From the NCBI RefSeq assembly GCF_050920415.1, contig NZ_CP169309.1: DNA of 64,000 nucleotides, one strand, 5' to 3'. This document shows, piece by piece, positions 11,075 to 23,716 of this stretch. Under the pieces are notes generated by a model. That model saw only the letters and a list, made by a program, of their open reading frames with translations, had not been told where the DNA came from and ran no database searches. The DNA is from Escherichia coli (lineage in GTDB: Bacteria; Pseudomonadota; Gammaproteobacteria; Enterobacterales; Enterobacteriaceae). The translations under genes and the position numbers were made by a program. Numbering within the stretch: position 1 is the stretch's first letter; each line of letters begins with the position of its first letter.

Positions 11075-11470
11075 TCCCTTCTTATCGTGCCGGAATACAT
11101 CCCGTATTTCGGCACGCTCGCCGGATGTGGTATCAGTGCGTTATCCGGATGACAAAATTCCCCTATCCAACTTTGGCACATCTATTGCTTTGTTATACAA
11201 GGCAAAGCTTGAACCCGCGTCAGTACAACCCGGTTGCACCATAGCAATCCACCGGTAGCACCAAAAGAGTGCATTTTAAGAGTTTTGCTTCGGAATGGTG
11301 CGGCGCATCTCGCAAAAACAAACAATAAAACATCAATATCTTTACATTTAGCCAAACTAAATGTTACCTAACAAACACAACACTGCACAATAAAGTTGCA
11401 GATGATAACAACACAAACACTCACAACGGGTATCCATGCGTTCTTAACGCAGAAGATAAAGGAGTTGGAT

Positions 11471-12379
11471 ATGCAATTACGTAAACCTGCCACAGCAATC
11501 CTGGCCCTGGCGCTTTCCGCAGGCCTGGCACAGGCAGATGACGCCGCCCCGGCAGCGGGCAGTACGCTGGACAAAATCGCCAAAAACGGTGTGATTGTCG
11601 TCGGTCACCGTGAATCTTCAGTACCTTTCTCTTATTACGACAATCAGCAAAAAGTGGTGGGTTACTCGCAGGATTACTCCAACGCCATTGTTGAAGCAGT
11701 GAAAAAGAAACTCAACAAACCGGACTTGCAGGTGAAATTGATTCCGATCACCTCACAAAACCGTATTCCGCTGCTGCAAAACGGCACTTTCGATTTTGAA
11801 TGTGGTTCTACCACCAACAATGTCGAACGCCAAAAACAGGCGGCTTTCTCTGACACTATTTTCGTGGTCGGTACGCGCCTGCTGACCAAAAAAGGCGGCG
11901 ATATCAAAGATTTTGCCGACCTGAAAGACAAAGCCGTAGTCGTTACTTCCGGCACTACCTCTGAAGTTTTGCTCAACAAACTGAATGAAGAGCAAAAAAT
12001 GAATATGCGCATCATCAGCGCCAAAGATCACGGTGACTCTTTCCGCACCCTGGAAAGCGGTCGTGCCGTTGCCTTTATGATGGATGACGCTCTGTTAGCC
12101 GGTGAGCGAGCGAAAGCGAAGAAACCAGACAACTGGGAAATCGTCGGCAAGCCGCAGTCTCAGGAAGCCTACGGTTGCATGTTGCGTAAAGACGATCCGC
12201 AGTTCAAAAAGCTGATGGATGACACTATCGCTCAGGTGCAGACCTCCGGTGAAGCGGAAAAATGGTTTGATAAGTGGTTCAAAAATCCAATTCCGCCGAA
12301 AAACCTGAACATGAATTTCGAACTGTCGGACGAAATGAAAGCACTGTTCAAAGAACCGAATGACAAGGCACTGAACTAA
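11471..12379 (+). CDS. gltI: Glutamate/aspartate ABC transporter periplasmic binding protein
   Basis: 302 aa from MQLRKPATAILALALSAGLAQA signal peptide (track ORF starts further upstream); heads gltIJKL. Confidence 0.9.
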   Translation: MQLRKPATAILALALSAGLAQADDAAPAAGSTLDKIAKNGVIVVGHRESSVPFSYYDNQQKVVGYSQDYSNAIVEAVKKKLNKPDLQVKLIPITSQNRIPLLQNGTFDFECGSTTNNVERQKQAAFSDTIFVVGTRLLTKKGGDIKDFADLKDKAVVVTSGTTSEVLLNKLNEEQKMNMRIISAKDHGDSFRTLESGRAVAFMMDDALLAGERAKAKKPDNWEIVGKPQSQEAYGCMLRKDDPQFKKLMDDTIAQVQTSGEAEKWFDKWFKNPIPPKNLNMNFELSDEMKALFKEPNDKALN

Positions 12380-12536
12380 TTACAAGAACCAGGGGCGGAA
12401 ATTCCAGCCCTCTCGATTGTTACGTAGCACGGACAGACTATACGCCTGATGGTCGTTCCCCATCGGGCCTGAAAACCGCAATACGCTGGGTAACAATCTT
12501 CGAGGGTAGCAGTTAACGCTGCTACCCTCTTTTTTC
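12375..12536 (+). ncRNA. sroC: SroC-type sRNA derived from the gltI 3' end / gltI-gltJ spacer
   Basis: Assigned by position: K-12 SroC is processed from the gltI-gltJ spacer and ends at this terminator; exact 5' end not determinable from sequence. Confidence 0.45.
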
Positions 12537-12538
12537 TG
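12502..12538 (+). terminator. Intrinsic terminator/attenuator between gltI and gltJ
   Basis: gagggtagcagttaacgctgctaccctc hairpin followed by ttttttct. Confidence 0.75.
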
Positions 12539-12548
12539 GAGTAGATTT

Positions 12549-13289
12549 ATGTCTATAGACTGGAACTGGGGTATTTTTTTACAACAAGCCCCGTTCGGCA
12601 ACACCACCTATCTTGGTTGGATCTGGAGTGGTTTTCAGGTGACGATTGCTTTGTCGATCTGCGCCTGGATTATCGCTTTCCTCGTCGGTTCATTTTTCGG
12701 CATTTTACGTACCGTTCCAAACCGTTTTCTCTCCGGTCTGGGTACGTTGTATGTCGAACTGTTCCGCAACGTGCCGTTGATTGTGCAATTCTTTACCTGG
12801 TATCTGGTTATCCCTGAACTGTTGCCGGAAAAAATCGGCATGTGGTTTAAGGCAGAACTAGACCCCAATATTCAGTTTTTCCTCTCCTCCATGCTCTGTC
12901 TGGGACTGTTTACTGCAGCTCGTGTTTGCGAACAAGTACGCGCCGCGATTCAGTCGTTGCCGCGTGGGCAAAAGAATGCCGCGCTGGCAATGGGTCTGAC
13001 GCTACCGCAGGCTTACCGCTACGTACTGTTGCCTAACGCTTATCGCGTTATCGTCCCGCCAATGACCTCTGAGATGATGAACCTGGTGAAAAACTCCGCC
13101 ATCGCCTCGACCATCGGTCTGGTGGATATGGCGGCGCAGGCCGGTAAATTGCTCGACTACTCGGCCCACGCCTGGGAGTCATTTACCGCCATTACGCTGG
13201 CGTATGTGTTGATTAACGCTTTTATCATGCTGGTGATGACGCTGGTTGAACGTAAAGTTCGCCTGCCCGGCAACATGGGGGGCAAATAA
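12549..13289 (+). CDS. gltJ: Glutamate/aspartate ABC transporter permease
   Basis: 246-aa polytopic membrane protein with ABC permease EAA-like loop. Confidence 0.93.
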   Translation: MSIDWNWGIFLQQAPFGNTTYLGWIWSGFQVTIALSICAWIIAFLVGSFFGILRTVPNRFLSGLGTLYVELFRNVPLIVQFFTWYLVIPELLPEKIGMWFKAELDPNIQFFLSSMLCLGLFTAARVCEQVRAAIQSLPRGQKNAALAMGLTLPQAYRYVLLPNAYRVIVPPMTSEMMNLVKNSAIASTIGLVDMAAQAGKLLDYSAHAWESFTAITLAYVLINAFIMLVMTLVERKVRLPGNMGGK

Positions 13290-13962
13290 TGTACGAGTTT
13301 GACTGGAGTTCCATTGTTCCTTCCCTGCCATATCTGCTCGACGGGCTGGTGATCACCCTGAAAATCACCATCACGGCGGTGGTCATTGGTATTTTGTGGG
13401 GTACGATGCTGGCAGTGATGCGCTTGTCCAGCTTTGCGCCGATTGCCTGGTTTGCCAAAGCCTACGTTAACGTGTTCCGTTCGATCCCGTTAGTCATGGT
13501 TTTGCTATGGTTTTACCTGATTGTGCCGGGATTTCTGCAAAACGTGCTGGGATTATCGCCAAAAAATGATATCCGTTTAATTTCGGCGATGGTGGCGTTT
13601 TCGATGTTTGAAGCGGCCTACTATTCAGAGATTATCCGTGCCGGTATTCAAAGTATTTCCCGTGGGCAGTCGAGCGCCGCGCTGGCGTTGGGGATGACTC
13701 ACTGGCAGTCGATGAAACTGATTATTCTGCCGCAGGCGTTCCGCGCGATGGTGCCGCTGCTGCTCACTCAGGGCATCGTACTTTTCCAGGATACCTCGCT
13801 GGTGTATGTGTTATCTCTGGCCGATTTCTTCCGTACCGCCTCAACCATTGGTGAGCGTGATGGTACACAGGTCGAAATGATTCTGTTTGCCGGGTTTGTT
13901 TATTTCGTTATTAGCCTTAGCGCATCGTTGTTGGTCAGCTACTTGAAAAGAAGGACAGCATA

Positions 13963-13963
<1 letters not shown>
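13289..13963 (+). CDS. gltK: Glutamate/aspartate ABC transporter permease
   Basis: 224 aa, paralogous to gltJ; start overlaps the gltJ stop. Confidence 0.93.
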
Positions 13964-14688
<725 letters not shown>

Positions 14689-14805
14689 TCACTCTGGCGC
14701 GCATACCCAAGTGCGCGCCATCTCACGCTTTATCGTTTCGCTCCTCGTATCTGTTACATCCTGGCGGTACCCTTGTCGCAAAGAAGCACACAACAAGGAG
14801 CAACA

Positions 14806-15741
14806 ATGGCACTGCCAATTCTGTTAGATTGCGACCCAGGTCATGACGACGCTATCGCAATAGTTCTTGCCCTCGCCTCACCAGAGCTTGATGTCAAAGC
14901 AATTACGTCTTCCTCCGGAAACCAGACTCCAGAAAAAACCTTACGCAATGTTCTGCGTATGCTGACCTTGCTCAATCGCACCGATATTCCGGTAGCAGGC
15001 GGCGCGGTAAAACCGTTAATGCGTGAGTTGATTATCGCGGACAATGTGCACGGCGAAAGCGGTCTCGACGGCCCGGCATTACCGGAACCGACGTTCGCAC
15101 CGCAAAACTGTACGGCGGTGGAGCTGATGGCGAAAACGCTGCGTGAAAGTGCGGAACCTGTCACGATTGTTTCTACCGGGCCGCAAACTAACGTTGCCTT
15201 GCTGCTCAATAGCCATCCGGAACTGCATAGCAAAATCGCCCGTATCGTGATTATGGGCGGCGCAATGGGGCTTGGTAACTGGACGCCAGCCGCCGAGTTT
15301 AATATTTATGTTGACCCGGAAGCGGCAGAAATTGTTTTCCAGTCAGGGATCCCGGTGGTGATGGCCGGTCTGGATGTTACTCATAAAGCGCAAATCCACG
15401 TTGAAGACACCGAGTGTTTCCGCGCGATTGGCAACCCTGTTTCAACCATTGTTGCCGAACTGCTGGATTTCTTCCTCGAATATCATAAAGACGAAAAATG
15501 GGGCTTTGTTGGCGCACCGCTGCATGACCCATGCACCATCGCCTGGCTGTTAAAACCGGAGTTGTTTACCACTGTTGAGCGCTGGGTTGGCGTGGAAACA
15601 CAGGGGAAATATACTCAGGGCATGACGGTTGTTGATTATTATTATCTGACCGGCAATAAACCGAATGCTACTGTAATGGTCGATGTTGATCGTCAGGGCT
15701 TTGTTGATTTACTGGCTGATCGTCTGAAATTTTACGCTTAA
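14806..15741 (+). CDS. rihA: Pyrimidine-specific ribonucleoside hydrolase
   Basis: 311 aa from [15 protein letters not shown] (nucleoside hydrolase DxDxxxDD motif). Confidence 0.93.
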   Translation: MALPILLDCDPGHDDAIAIVLALASPELDVKAITSSSGNQTPEKTLRNVLRMLTLLNRTDIPVAGGAVKPLMRELIIADNVHGESGLDGPALPEPTFAPQNCTAVELMAKTLRESAEPVTIVSTGPQTNVALLLNSHPELHSKIARIVIMGGAMGLGNWTPAAEFNIYVDPEAAEIVFQSGIPVVMAGLDVTHKAQIHVEDTECFRAIGNPVSTIVAELLDFFLEYHKDEKWGFVGAPLHDPCTIAWLLKPELFTTVERWVGVETQGKYTQGMTVVDYYYLTGNKPNATVMVDVDRQGFVDLLADRLKFYA

Positions 15742-15824
15742 CACACCACATTGATTAAGATCACCACGCGTTCACAAGGTGGTCTTAATCTGTTTATCTC
15801 TTTTTCTTTCAAGATATAAATGCA

Positions 15825-17495
15825 ATGGATAATGCAGAACTCGCCATTGGTATCGATCTCGGCACTACCAATAGTTTAATTGCCGTCTGGAAAGACGGTG
15901 CCGCGCAATTAATTCCAAATAAGTTCGGTGAATATTTAACACCATCCATAATTAGCATGGATGAAAATAATCATATTTTAGTCGGAAAACCCGCTGTATC
16001 ACGGCGCACTTCGCATCCGGATAAAACGGCAGCGTTATTTAAACGTGCAATGGGCAGTAATACCAACTGGCGGTTAGGCAGCGACACATTTAACGCACCA
16101 GAACTGTCCTCTTTAGTATTACGCTCATTAAAAGAAGATGCCGAAGAATTTCTGCAACGTCCGATTAAAGATGTGGTGATCTCCGTTCCGGCTTATTTCA
16201 GCGATGAACAACGCAAGCATACCCGTTTAGCAGCGGAGTTAGCCGGGTTAAATGCGGTACGCTTAATTAATGAACCCACAGCAGCTGCGATGGCATATGG
16301 CCTGCATACGCAACAAAATACCCGCTCGCTGGTTTTTGATCTCGGTGGTGGCACGTTTGACGTCACGGTGCTCGAATACGCCACGCCGGTGATTGAAGTT
16401 CACGCCTCCGCGGGAGATAACTTTCTTGGCGGCGAAGATTTTACTCATATGCTGGTGGATGAAGTTTTAAAACGCTCCGCAGTGGCTAAAAACATGCTCA
16501 ACGAAAGTGAGCTGGCAGCCCTGTACACCAGCGTGGAAGCGGCAAAATGCAGCAATCAATTACCGCTGCAAATTAGCTGGCAGTATCAGGAAGAAACGCG
16601 TGAGTGCGAATTTTACGAGAACGAACTGGAAGATTTGTGGTTGCCGCTGCTCAATCGCTTGCGAGTGCCGATTGAACAGGCGTTGCGCGATGCACGTCTG
16701 AAGCCAAGTCAAATCGACAGTCTGGTGCTGGTTGGCGGCGCATCACAAATGCCGCTGGTGCAGCGAATCGCCGTGCGTCTGTTTGGCAAATTACCGTATC
16801 AAAGTTACGACCCGAGTACTATTGTCGCGCTGGGAGCAGCAATCCAGGCCGCCTGCCGCTTACGCAGCGAAGACATTGAAGAAGTGATCCTCACCGATAT
16901 TTGCCCCTACTCCTTAGGTGTTGAAGTTAACCGCCAGGGCGTTTCCGGCATTTTCTCACCGATTATTGAACGAAACACCACTGTACCGGTGTCGCGTGTA
17001 GAAACTTACTCGACCATGCACCCGGAACAGGATTCAATTACGGTTAACGTCTATCAGGGAGAAAACCACAAAGTTAAAAATAACATTCTGGTAGAATCCT
17101 TCGATGTGCCGTTGAAGAAAACCGGGGCTTATCAGTCGATTGATATTCGCTTTAGTTATGATATCAACGGGTTGCTTGAAGTTGACGTGCTTCTGGAAGA
17201 CGGCAGCGTTAAGTCCAGAGTCATTAACCACAGTCCTGTAACATTGAGCGCACAGCAGATTGAAGAGAGTCGGACGCGGTTATCCGCATTGAAAATTTAT
17301 CCGCGCGATATGCTCATCAACCGCACCTTTAAGGCCAAACTGGAAGAGTTGTGGGCGCGGGCGCTGGGTGACGAGCGAGAAGAGATCGGCCGGGTGATCA
17401 CCGATTTTGATGCGGCGTTGCAGTCAAACGATATGGCCCGCGTCGATGAAGTTCGGCGACGGGCGAGCGATTATTTAGCCATTGAGATCCCATAA
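15825..17495 (+). CDS. hscC: Hsp70-family chaperone HscC (Hsc62)
   Basis: 556 aa; Hsp70 signatures IGIDLGTTNS and DLGGGTFD. Confidence 0.95.
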   Translation: MDNAELAIGIDLGTTNSLIAVWKDGAAQLIPNKFGEYLTPSIISMDENNHILVGKPAVSRRTSHPDKTAALFKRAMGSNTNWRLGSDTFNAPELSSLVLRSLKEDAEEFLQRPIKDVVISVPAYFSDEQRKHTRLAAELAGLNAVRLINEPTAAAMAYGLHTQQNTRSLVFDLGGGTFDVTVLEYATPVIEVHASAGDNFLGGEDFTHMLVDEVLKRSAVAKNMLNESELAALYTSVEAAKCSNQLPLQISWQYQEETRECEFYENELEDLWLPLLNRLRVPIEQALRDARLKPSQIDSLVLVGGASQMPLVQRIAVRLFGKLPYQSYDPSTIVALGAAIQAACRLRSEDIEEVILTDICPYSLGVEVNRQGVSGIFSPIIERNTTVPVSRVETYSTMHPEQDSITVNVYQGENHKVKNNILVESFDVPLKKTGAYQSIDIRFSYDINGLLEVDVLLEDGSVKSRVINHSPVTLSAQQIEESRTRLSALKIYPRDMLINRTFKAKLEELWARALGDEREEIGRVITDFDAALQSNDMARVDEVRRRASDYLAIEIP

Positions 17496-17503
17496 ACACG
17501 GCT

Positions 17504-17533
17504 GCCGGATGCGGCGTAAACGCTGCATCCGGC
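17504..17533. repeat. REP-like palindrome / bidirectional terminator between convergent hscC and djlC
   Basis: gccggatgcggcgtaaacgctgcatccggc, 13-bp arms with one mismatch. Confidence 0.6.
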
Positions 17534-17554
17534 ATCGGCGCAAAAAACACATCC

Positions 17555-19006
17555 TCAGCTAAACAACATCGCGATTTTTCCGAGAGCATAGCCTATCACC
17601 AGCACCGTTAAGCTGATTTTGATAATGCTGGTAATGCTCTGTGGTTTTTCATCCTCATCATTTTTTTCTTCGTGGTTTTCAGGTGTTGGCTCATCGACAT
17701 CTTCATCCTCCGGCTCGAGTTTCACTTTCGTCAACAGCATCCGCGTGATAATGGCCTCTAATGGATGAGCATCTCCACCTTCCAGCCTTGTATTAAGACG
17801 GGCCAGCATCTCTTGTTTCGGGAACGCTTCCAGCACAACCTGTTCCGCTACCCGATACAAATCCAGTAACGGTGAATCTTGTTCTGTCTCGCTACCGACT
17901 CTCGATTTCCACCATGCCCATGCTTTGCGTTTGAAGAATAACGACTCAATAAACGATTGACCTAACGGCGATAATTTTCCGCTATGTAAAATTTCCGCCC
18001 ATAACAGCCTCGTCCGGGCGCTCTCACCAGGAACATATTTTAGCGGCTTACCTTGCGCATCAACCATACTTCGCGCTTCGATAACCATCACTAACAGCGC
18101 GAAGTAATCCGGGCAATGTTGCGCACTCCACTGCAGTAATAAATTATCGGCTTGTGTAGATGGATAACTTTCCCAGTAACCACAGAGATCGGCAAGCATG
18201 CTTTCACCCTCGCCGCAGTACAACTGTTGCGCACACTGGTAATATCGGGCATCTTCACTTTCTGGTTCTTCCGTTTGCCACTGTTGCGCTACAGAAATGA
18301 GTTCCGCCATACCTGTTTGCACCGAGCTATACCAGCGCAACAATTTGCGATGCAACTTCGCATCATCAGGAATGAACCACGGACCTTCCATTGCCATAAA
18401 CGCAGTGACATAGTCAGGATGGTAACGGCAGCAGCGTTCCAGCGCGAAGTAATACTCAACAGTCTGGTTCTGCAACGCGACGGGATATTCCAGAAGGCTA
18501 AGGAAATCGAAACAATCACCAGCCTGAATGGCCTCAAGAAAAGCCTCCCTTTCTTCCTCATCCATTCCTTCGCTGTCATTAAACGAATGCCAGTTCAAAC
18601 GCTCTGCCAGCAAAGAAGCACAATTTAATGAAAGATATCGCGCTTCTATAGCGACTGCACACAGCGGCCAGCGTAATTGATCGACATCCTCCATGTTCCA
18701 GGTATTTAATTGCTGAATAAATTTCTGCCAGGCGGAGGGCTGAAAACGATCACTTTCAGAATCCAGTAATGCCCTGAATGCACGTAGTATTTCATGTTCA
18801 GCGGCGGCATCTTTTTCTTCATCATCTGCTTCCTCGACAGGATTTACCGCCAGTCGCAGCGCCTCTTCATAGGCCTGGCGTAATGCTTTAAACCCCTGCG
18901 GATCGGTTTCGGGATGACACAACGGTAAGCGAGCAAGATAAGCCTGGCGGATAATTTCTATTTGCGTCGTGCTTTCAATTTCGAGGATTTGCCAACATGT
19001 TTTCAT
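17555..19006 (-). CDS. djlC: Tail-anchored J-domain co-chaperone of HscC
   Basis: 483 aa; N-terminal J-like domain, C-terminal hydrophobic anchor; paralog of djlB. Confidence 0.9.
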   Translation of the reverse strand: MKTCWQILEIESTTQIEIIRQAYLARLPLCHPETDPQGFKALRQAYEEALRLAVNPVEEADDEEKDAAAEHEILRAFRALLDSESDRFQPSAWQKFIQQLNTWNMEDVDQLRWPLCAVAIEARYLSLNCASLLAERLNWHSFNDSEGMDEEEREAFLEAIQAGDCFDFLSLLEYPVALQNQTVEYYFALERCCRYHPDYVTAFMAMEGPWFIPDDAKLHRKLLRWYSSVQTGMAELISVAQQWQTEEPESEDARYYQCAQQLYCGEGESMLADLCGYWESYPSTQADNLLLQWSAQHCPDYFALLVMVIEARSMVDAQGKPLKYVPGESARTRLLWAEILHSGKLSPLGQSFIESLFFKRKAWAWWKSRVGSETEQDSPLLDLYRVAEQVVLEAFPKQEMLARLNTRLEGGDAHPLEAIITRMLLTKVKLEPEDEDVDEPTPENHEEKNDEDEKPQSITSIIKISLTVLVIGYALGKIAMLFS

Positions 19007-19710
19007 AGGTCGCTTACATCCTTAAGCGTTACCGGGCATTCAGGCTGGACAGTTAATGGCTGCCAGGGAAGCGTGGCATAGAAACGGTCGCTTCCCGCTG
19101 CCAGCTCTTCGAACATCCGACTCCCGGCGCTATCGTATTTGTACAGGGTTAGCGCCTCGCGTAGCGAAGCGTTGTCTTCGCACTGAGAAGATTGCCAGTA
19201 GAGACGCCCTAACGAATAGGCGGAAAAATAGTGCATCCAGCTGTGATAGTAATGGTGTGCTCGTATATAGACACGCGATTGCAGCCATAAACTCTCGTCT
19301 TCCGTCAGCCACTTGTTGAGCACACCAACCCGTGATAAAAAACTCATCCGCACATAATCCCAGGCTTTGATTCCCCCTTCCCCACAACACATAGCGGTTT
19401 GGGTAACGAATTGGGTATAAATCAACCCTCTCTCCGAGCCGCCAGCAATTAATGCTTTCCACTCTTCAGGGGAAGAGCGATGCCATGTCAGATATAAGCC
19501 AGCTAAATCATTGGCATGACCATCATCGGTCATCTGATAAATAGTCTGAATTAAATCATCACGATTATTTATTCCCCAGGATGATGAGAGATCGAATTCT
19601 TTTATCCCGGTATACATTTTTGGCGAGTCATGCGCTGGCTTGCAACCCTGATTAAGTATTTCCATGGGTGCAGAAAGCGCAAAAAGAAGATATTGTTCTT
19701 CCTTATTCAT
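19003..19710 (-). CDS. ybeU: DUF1266-family protein
   Basis: 235 aa; paralog of ybeR; stop overlaps the djlC start (ATGA). Confidence 0.88.
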   Translation of the reverse strand: MNKEEQYLLFALSAPMEILNQGCKPAHDSPKMYTGIKEFDLSSSWGINNRDDLIQTIYQMTDDGHANDLAGLYLTWHRSSPEEWKALIAGGSERGLIYTQFVTQTAMCCGEGGIKAWDYVRMSFLSRVGVLNKWLTEDESLWLQSRVYIRAHHYYHSWMHYFSAYSLGRLYWQSSQCEDNASLREALTLYKYDSAGSRMFEELAAGSDRFYATLPWQPLTVQPECPVTLKDVSDL

Positions 19711-19810
19711 TTGTTAATAATCCCTTAAGTGCATTAACTGACTACTTTTTTATTATCGATGAGTATAAACTTGACGTTTTCAAAATAAAAGAAAATAGAA
19801 GTATTCAAGC

Positions 19811-20365
19811 ATGAATAAAAAATTAATGTATATATTCGCAATATTTATAGTTGCGGCAATTACCTGTATTAGCCAACCCAAGAAAACGACCCTGCGCGAT
19901 AAAGCTATGGCGAATTATGTCTTTGATTATTTAAGCTCACCGGGCAGTCTTCCGTTTACCACGGCAGCAACAGAGCTTTCCGCCATTCATGGTCACTCAA
20001 CGTCGCAATATAGACTTGGCGAATTTTATCTTCATGGTAGCGATGGTAAGCCTCTGGATTATACAAAGGCGAGATACTGGTATGAGCAATCAGCGGAACA
20101 GGAAAATCCACGCGCGCAAAGTCAACTGGGATGGATCTACCTGAAAGGTTTGGGAGTCAATCCCGATACCCGTAAAGCAATTCTCTGGTATAAGGAAGCA
20201 GCTGAACAAGGGCATGTTCATGCACAATACACGTTGGGTTTGATCTACAGAAACGGCACGGGCATTAGCACCAACAATTATGAAGCTCGCAAATGGTTAG
20301 AACTGGCGGCAGAGCAACATTATAAAAATGCGGAAAGATTACTTGCAGAGCTTCCCGCACATTAA
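19811..20365 (+). CDS. ybeT: Sel1-repeat (TPR-like) protein with N-terminal signal/anchor
   Basis: 184 aa; repeated GxGV...A..WY..AAEQG Sel1 motifs. Confidence 0.88.
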   Translation: MNKKLMYIFAIFIVAAITCISQPKKTTLRDKAMANYVFDYLSSPGSLPFTTAATELSAIHGHSTSQYRLGEFYLHGSDGKPLDYTKARYWYEQSAEQENPRAQSQLGWIYLKGLGVNPDTRKAILWYKEAAEQGHVHAQYTLGLIYRNGTGISTNNYEARKWLELAAEQHYKNAERLLAELPAH

Positions 20366-20374
20366 CGTCGACTG

Positions 20375-21802
20375 TCACCCGAACAGATGGAGTATTTTCC
20401 CTATCAAACCGGCAAAGATAAAAATGTAGAAAATAATTTTGATGACGCCCAGGCAGCCCGGCCCACCATCGTCAACGAGCATCGACTGCGGTTGCGGCTC
20501 CGGTTCGACGGTTTGCTTCTCGGTAAAATTTGCCGCCTGAATTAATAATCGACGAATCATTAATGCTTCCAGTGGACAACGATCTTCTGCATCAAGGCGG
20601 CTGACGATCGGCATTAATGATTCTTCTGTCGGTTGGCTGGCCTGAACTAATTGTTTAGCAACTAAATATAATGGCCATAAGGGATGTTCTGTATCACGCG
20701 TGAGTGAGATCCGCGGCTTACGTCCTTTGTGCAAAACCATCTCGACCAGAGAACGCCCCAGCGCAGAGAGTTTTTCATCACTGAGTATTTCGTATAAATG
20801 AAAACGCGTACGAGCGCTGTCACCAGGGACATAAAGTAGCGGTTTTCCCTGATCGTTAACCAGATCACGCGCTTCAATCATCATCACCACTAACGGGTAA
20901 TAATCGACCCGATGCTGACGGCACCATTGCAACATTAAAGCATCCGCCTGGGTGGAGGGATACTCGCGCCAGAAGTCACAAAGTTCTGCCAGCAGGCTTT
21001 CGCCTTCTCCACAATAGACGCGTTGCGCGTATTCATAATAACGCGCATCTTCATTATCAGGTTCAGCTACCCGCCACGACCGGGCGTAATCCAGAAGTTC
21101 GGGGATATCCAGACGGCTTGTGCTATACCAGCGGAGTAAATTTCTGTGCAAATTTGCATCATCGGGGATAATCACTGCGCGATGTTGCGCTAAATACAAT
21201 GTCAGCCATTCTGGATGCGATGACCAAATCCGCGCGAACATTTGGTAAAAATCAATGGTGTCATTTTGTACGGCAACGGGCAGATGCAGAATGGTCTGGA
21301 AGTTAAAAACATTCCCCTTCGCAATGGCATATAAAAAGGATTCCAGTTCTTCTTCGTCTATTTCCCCGACGTTTTCCTCCTGCAACCACCGCAATCTTTC
21401 TGCTAATAACACCACGCACTCGAAGGATAAATGGGCAGTGTTCATGGCTATTGTGCACAGCGACCAGCGTAATTCATCAATATCTTCCATCGAGCAATAA
21501 TTTAATTGCTGAATGAATCGCTGCCAGGCAGAGGGCAGAAAACGTTCGCTATCAGAGGCGAGTAACGCACGAAAGGCGAGCAGAATTTCATGTTCTGCAA
21601 CTTCATGTTCTTCTGGTTGCCAAACAGATTTAGCAGGCGACTGCGCAATCCGTAGCGCGTCCTCATACGCCTGACGAAGTTGTTTAAAACCCTGCGGATC
21701 GGTTTCTGGATGAAAGGACGGTAACAGCGCCAGATAAGCGCGGCGGATAATATCGACGTCAGTCGTTTCCTCTATTTCGAGAATATTCCAGCAATTTTTC
21801 AT
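20375..21802 (-). CDS. djlB: Tail-anchored J-domain protein, HscC co-chaperone paralog
   Basis: 475 aa; about half the residues match djlC by eye; C-terminal hydrophobic anchor. Confidence 0.9.
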   Translation of the reverse strand: MKNCWNILEIEETTDVDIIRRAYLALLPSFHPETDPQGFKQLRQAYEDALRIAQSPAKSVWQPEEHEVAEHEILLAFRALLASDSERFLPSAWQRFIQQLNYCSMEDIDELRWSLCTIAMNTAHLSFECVVLLAERLRWLQEENVGEIDEEELESFLYAIAKGNVFNFQTILHLPVAVQNDTIDFYQMFARIWSSHPEWLTLYLAQHRAVIIPDDANLHRNLLRWYSTSRLDIPELLDYARSWRVAEPDNEDARYYEYAQRVYCGEGESLLAELCDFWREYPSTQADALMLQWCRQHRVDYYPLVVMMIEARDLVNDQGKPLLYVPGDSARTRFHLYEILSDEKLSALGRSLVEMVLHKGRKPRISLTRDTEHPLWPLYLVAKQLVQASQPTEESLMPIVSRLDAEDRCPLEALMIRRLLIQAANFTEKQTVEPEPQPQSMLVDDGGPGCLGVIKIIFYIFIFAGLIGKILHLFG

Positions 21803-22506
21803 AGGTCGCTCATATCATTAAGCGTTTCCGGACATGTGGGGTAGTCAGCCAGTGGTTGCCAGGGTAAGGTCGCGTAATATGCATCGTCACTGGCAATTAA
21901 TTGATAAAACATATCATTGCCGGAATCGTCGTATTCTTTACGTGCCAATGTTTCCCGCAATAACGGTAAATTGTCATCATCAGGAGACTGCCAGTATTGC
22001 CGGCCAAAGGTATAACCGGCAAAATACTGCCGCCAGCTGGTATAATAACGTAGCACCCGCAGGTGAAGACGCGATTGGATCCACAGGCTTTCTTCTTCGC
22101 TGAGCCAGTTATTAAGTACGCCCATCCGGCTTAAAAAACCCATACGGACATAATCCCAGGCTTTTATACCGCCTTCGCCACAACATTCGGCAGTGCTGGC
22201 GACAAACTGCGCATAAGCCTGACCTTGCTCATTTAGTTCAGCAAGATAGTCACGCCATTCACATGGAGAATAACGAAACCAGCGGTGATAAAAACCAGCC
22301 AACCGCGCAGCATGACCGTTATCCATCATTCGATGAATTGTCCGCAACAGGTCTTCACGGTCATCAATTCCCCATGAGGAAGAAAGGTCAAAAAAGCGTG
22401 TACCTAAATACATTTTGGGGGATGAATGCGAAGGTAAACAGCATTCATTGCGTATTTCCATCGGAGTGGAAAGTGCAAACAATATTTTTTGCGACTCCAT
22501 GTCCAT
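21799..22506 (-). CDS. ybeR: DUF1266-family protein
   Basis: 235 aa; paralog of ybeU; stop overlaps the djlB start (ATGA). Confidence 0.88.
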   Translation of the reverse strand: MDMESQKILFALSTPMEIRNECCLPSHSSPKMYLGTRFFDLSSSWGIDDREDLLRTIHRMMDNGHAARLAGFYHRWFRYSPCEWRDYLAELNEQGQAYAQFVASTAECCGEGGIKAWDYVRMGFLSRMGVLNNWLSEEESLWIQSRLHLRVLRYYTSWRQYFAGYTFGRQYWQSPDDDNLPLLRETLARKEYDDSGNDMFYQLIASDDAYYATLPWQPLADYPTCPETLNDMSDL

Positions 22507-22663
22507 ATAATTTATCCTTAAACATTTATTTAATGAATGTAAACTACATTGCGAGACTCAGTTATTTATACTTTTCTGACGCAACATAATACGCATAAAA
22601 TAAGGCTTACGCAAAAATGGAATACATAAAAATATAATATGTTTTATCTACAACCATAAGGAA

Positions 22664-23647
22664 ATGATAATGATTTTTACGTCAAGTTGCTGCGATAATT
22701 TATCAATAGATGAGATTATCGAACGTGCTGAAAAAGGCGATTGCGAGGCTCAATATATTGTTGGGTTTTATTATAATCGCGATAGCGCAATTGACTCTCC
22801 GGACGACGAAAAGGCCTTTTACTGGCTGAAGCTGGCCGCTGAGCAAGGTCATTGTGAAGCACAATATTCCTTAGGGCAAAAGTATACCGAGGATAAAAGC
22901 CGTCATAAAGATAATGAGCAAGCCATCTTTTGGCTGAAAAAAGCAGCCCTACAAGGACATACTTTCGCTTCCAACGCCCTTGGCTGGATACTGGATCGTG
23001 GAGAAGACCCCAACTATAAAGAAGCGGTTGTCTGGTATCAGATAGCCGCGGAGAGCGGAATGTCTTATGCGCAAAATAATCTTGGGTGGATGTACAGAAA
23101 TGGCAACGGAGTCACACAAGATTATGCGCTGGCATTTTTCTGGTACAAACAAGCTGCATTGCAAGGCCATAGTTACGCACAAGACAATCTGGCCGATCTT
23201 TATGAAGACGGTAAAGGTGTTGCTCAAAACAAGACACTCGCCGCATTCTGGTATTTGAAAAGCGCACAGCAGGGTAATCGGCATGCCCAGTTTCAAATTG
23301 CATGGGATTATAACGCTGGCGAAGGGGTGGACCAGGACTATAAGCAAGCGATGTACTGGTATCTGAAGGCTGCCGCTCAGGAAAGCGTCGGCGCTTACGT
23401 TAACATCGGCTATATGTATAAACACGGTCAAAGCGTTGAGAAGGATTATCAGGCCGCCTTTGAATGGTTTACGAAAGCCGCTGAATGCGATAATGCCACT
23501 GCCTGGTATAACCTTGCCATTATGTATCATTACGGAGAAGGAAGACCTGTCGATCTCCGACAGGCTCTCGATCTGTATCGTAAAGCTCAGTCATCCGGTA
23601 CCAGGGATGTCAGTCAAAAAATCCGTGAGATTGAAGATTTACTGTAG
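22664..23647 (+). CDS. ybeQ: Sel1-repeat protein
   Basis: About 325 aa with at least six Sel1-type repeats; exact start (22664 or 22670) uncertain. Confidence 0.85.
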   Translation: MIMIFTSSCCDNLSIDEIIERAEKGDCEAQYIVGFYYNRDSAIDSPDDEKAFYWLKLAAEQGHCEAQYSLGQKYTEDKSRHKDNEQAIFWLKKAALQGHTFASNALGWILDRGEDPNYKEAVVWYQIAAESGMSYAQNNLGWMYRNGNGVTQDYALAFFWYKQAALQGHSYAQDNLADLYEDGKGVAQNKTLAAFWYLKSAQQGNRHAQFQIAWDYNAGEGVDQDYKQAMYWYLKAAAQESVGAYVNIGYMYKHGQSVEKDYQAAFEWFTKAAECDNATAWYNLAIMYHYGEGRPVDLRQALDLYRKAQSSGTRDVSQKIREIEDLL

Positions 23648-23716
23648 AGATAAAAACAAGGGCCGGGGAATTTTATTCGGCCCATATTCTCTTTATTGCT
23701 GTTTGAAATCGGACCA

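Noticed and set aside
11075-11470. Palindromic sequences after lnt (e.g. cgtgccggaatacatcccgtatttcggcacg) as a mobile element
   Set aside because: Consistent with an ordinary terminator/REP-like hairpin and the gltI promoter region; no terminal inverted repeats or transposase
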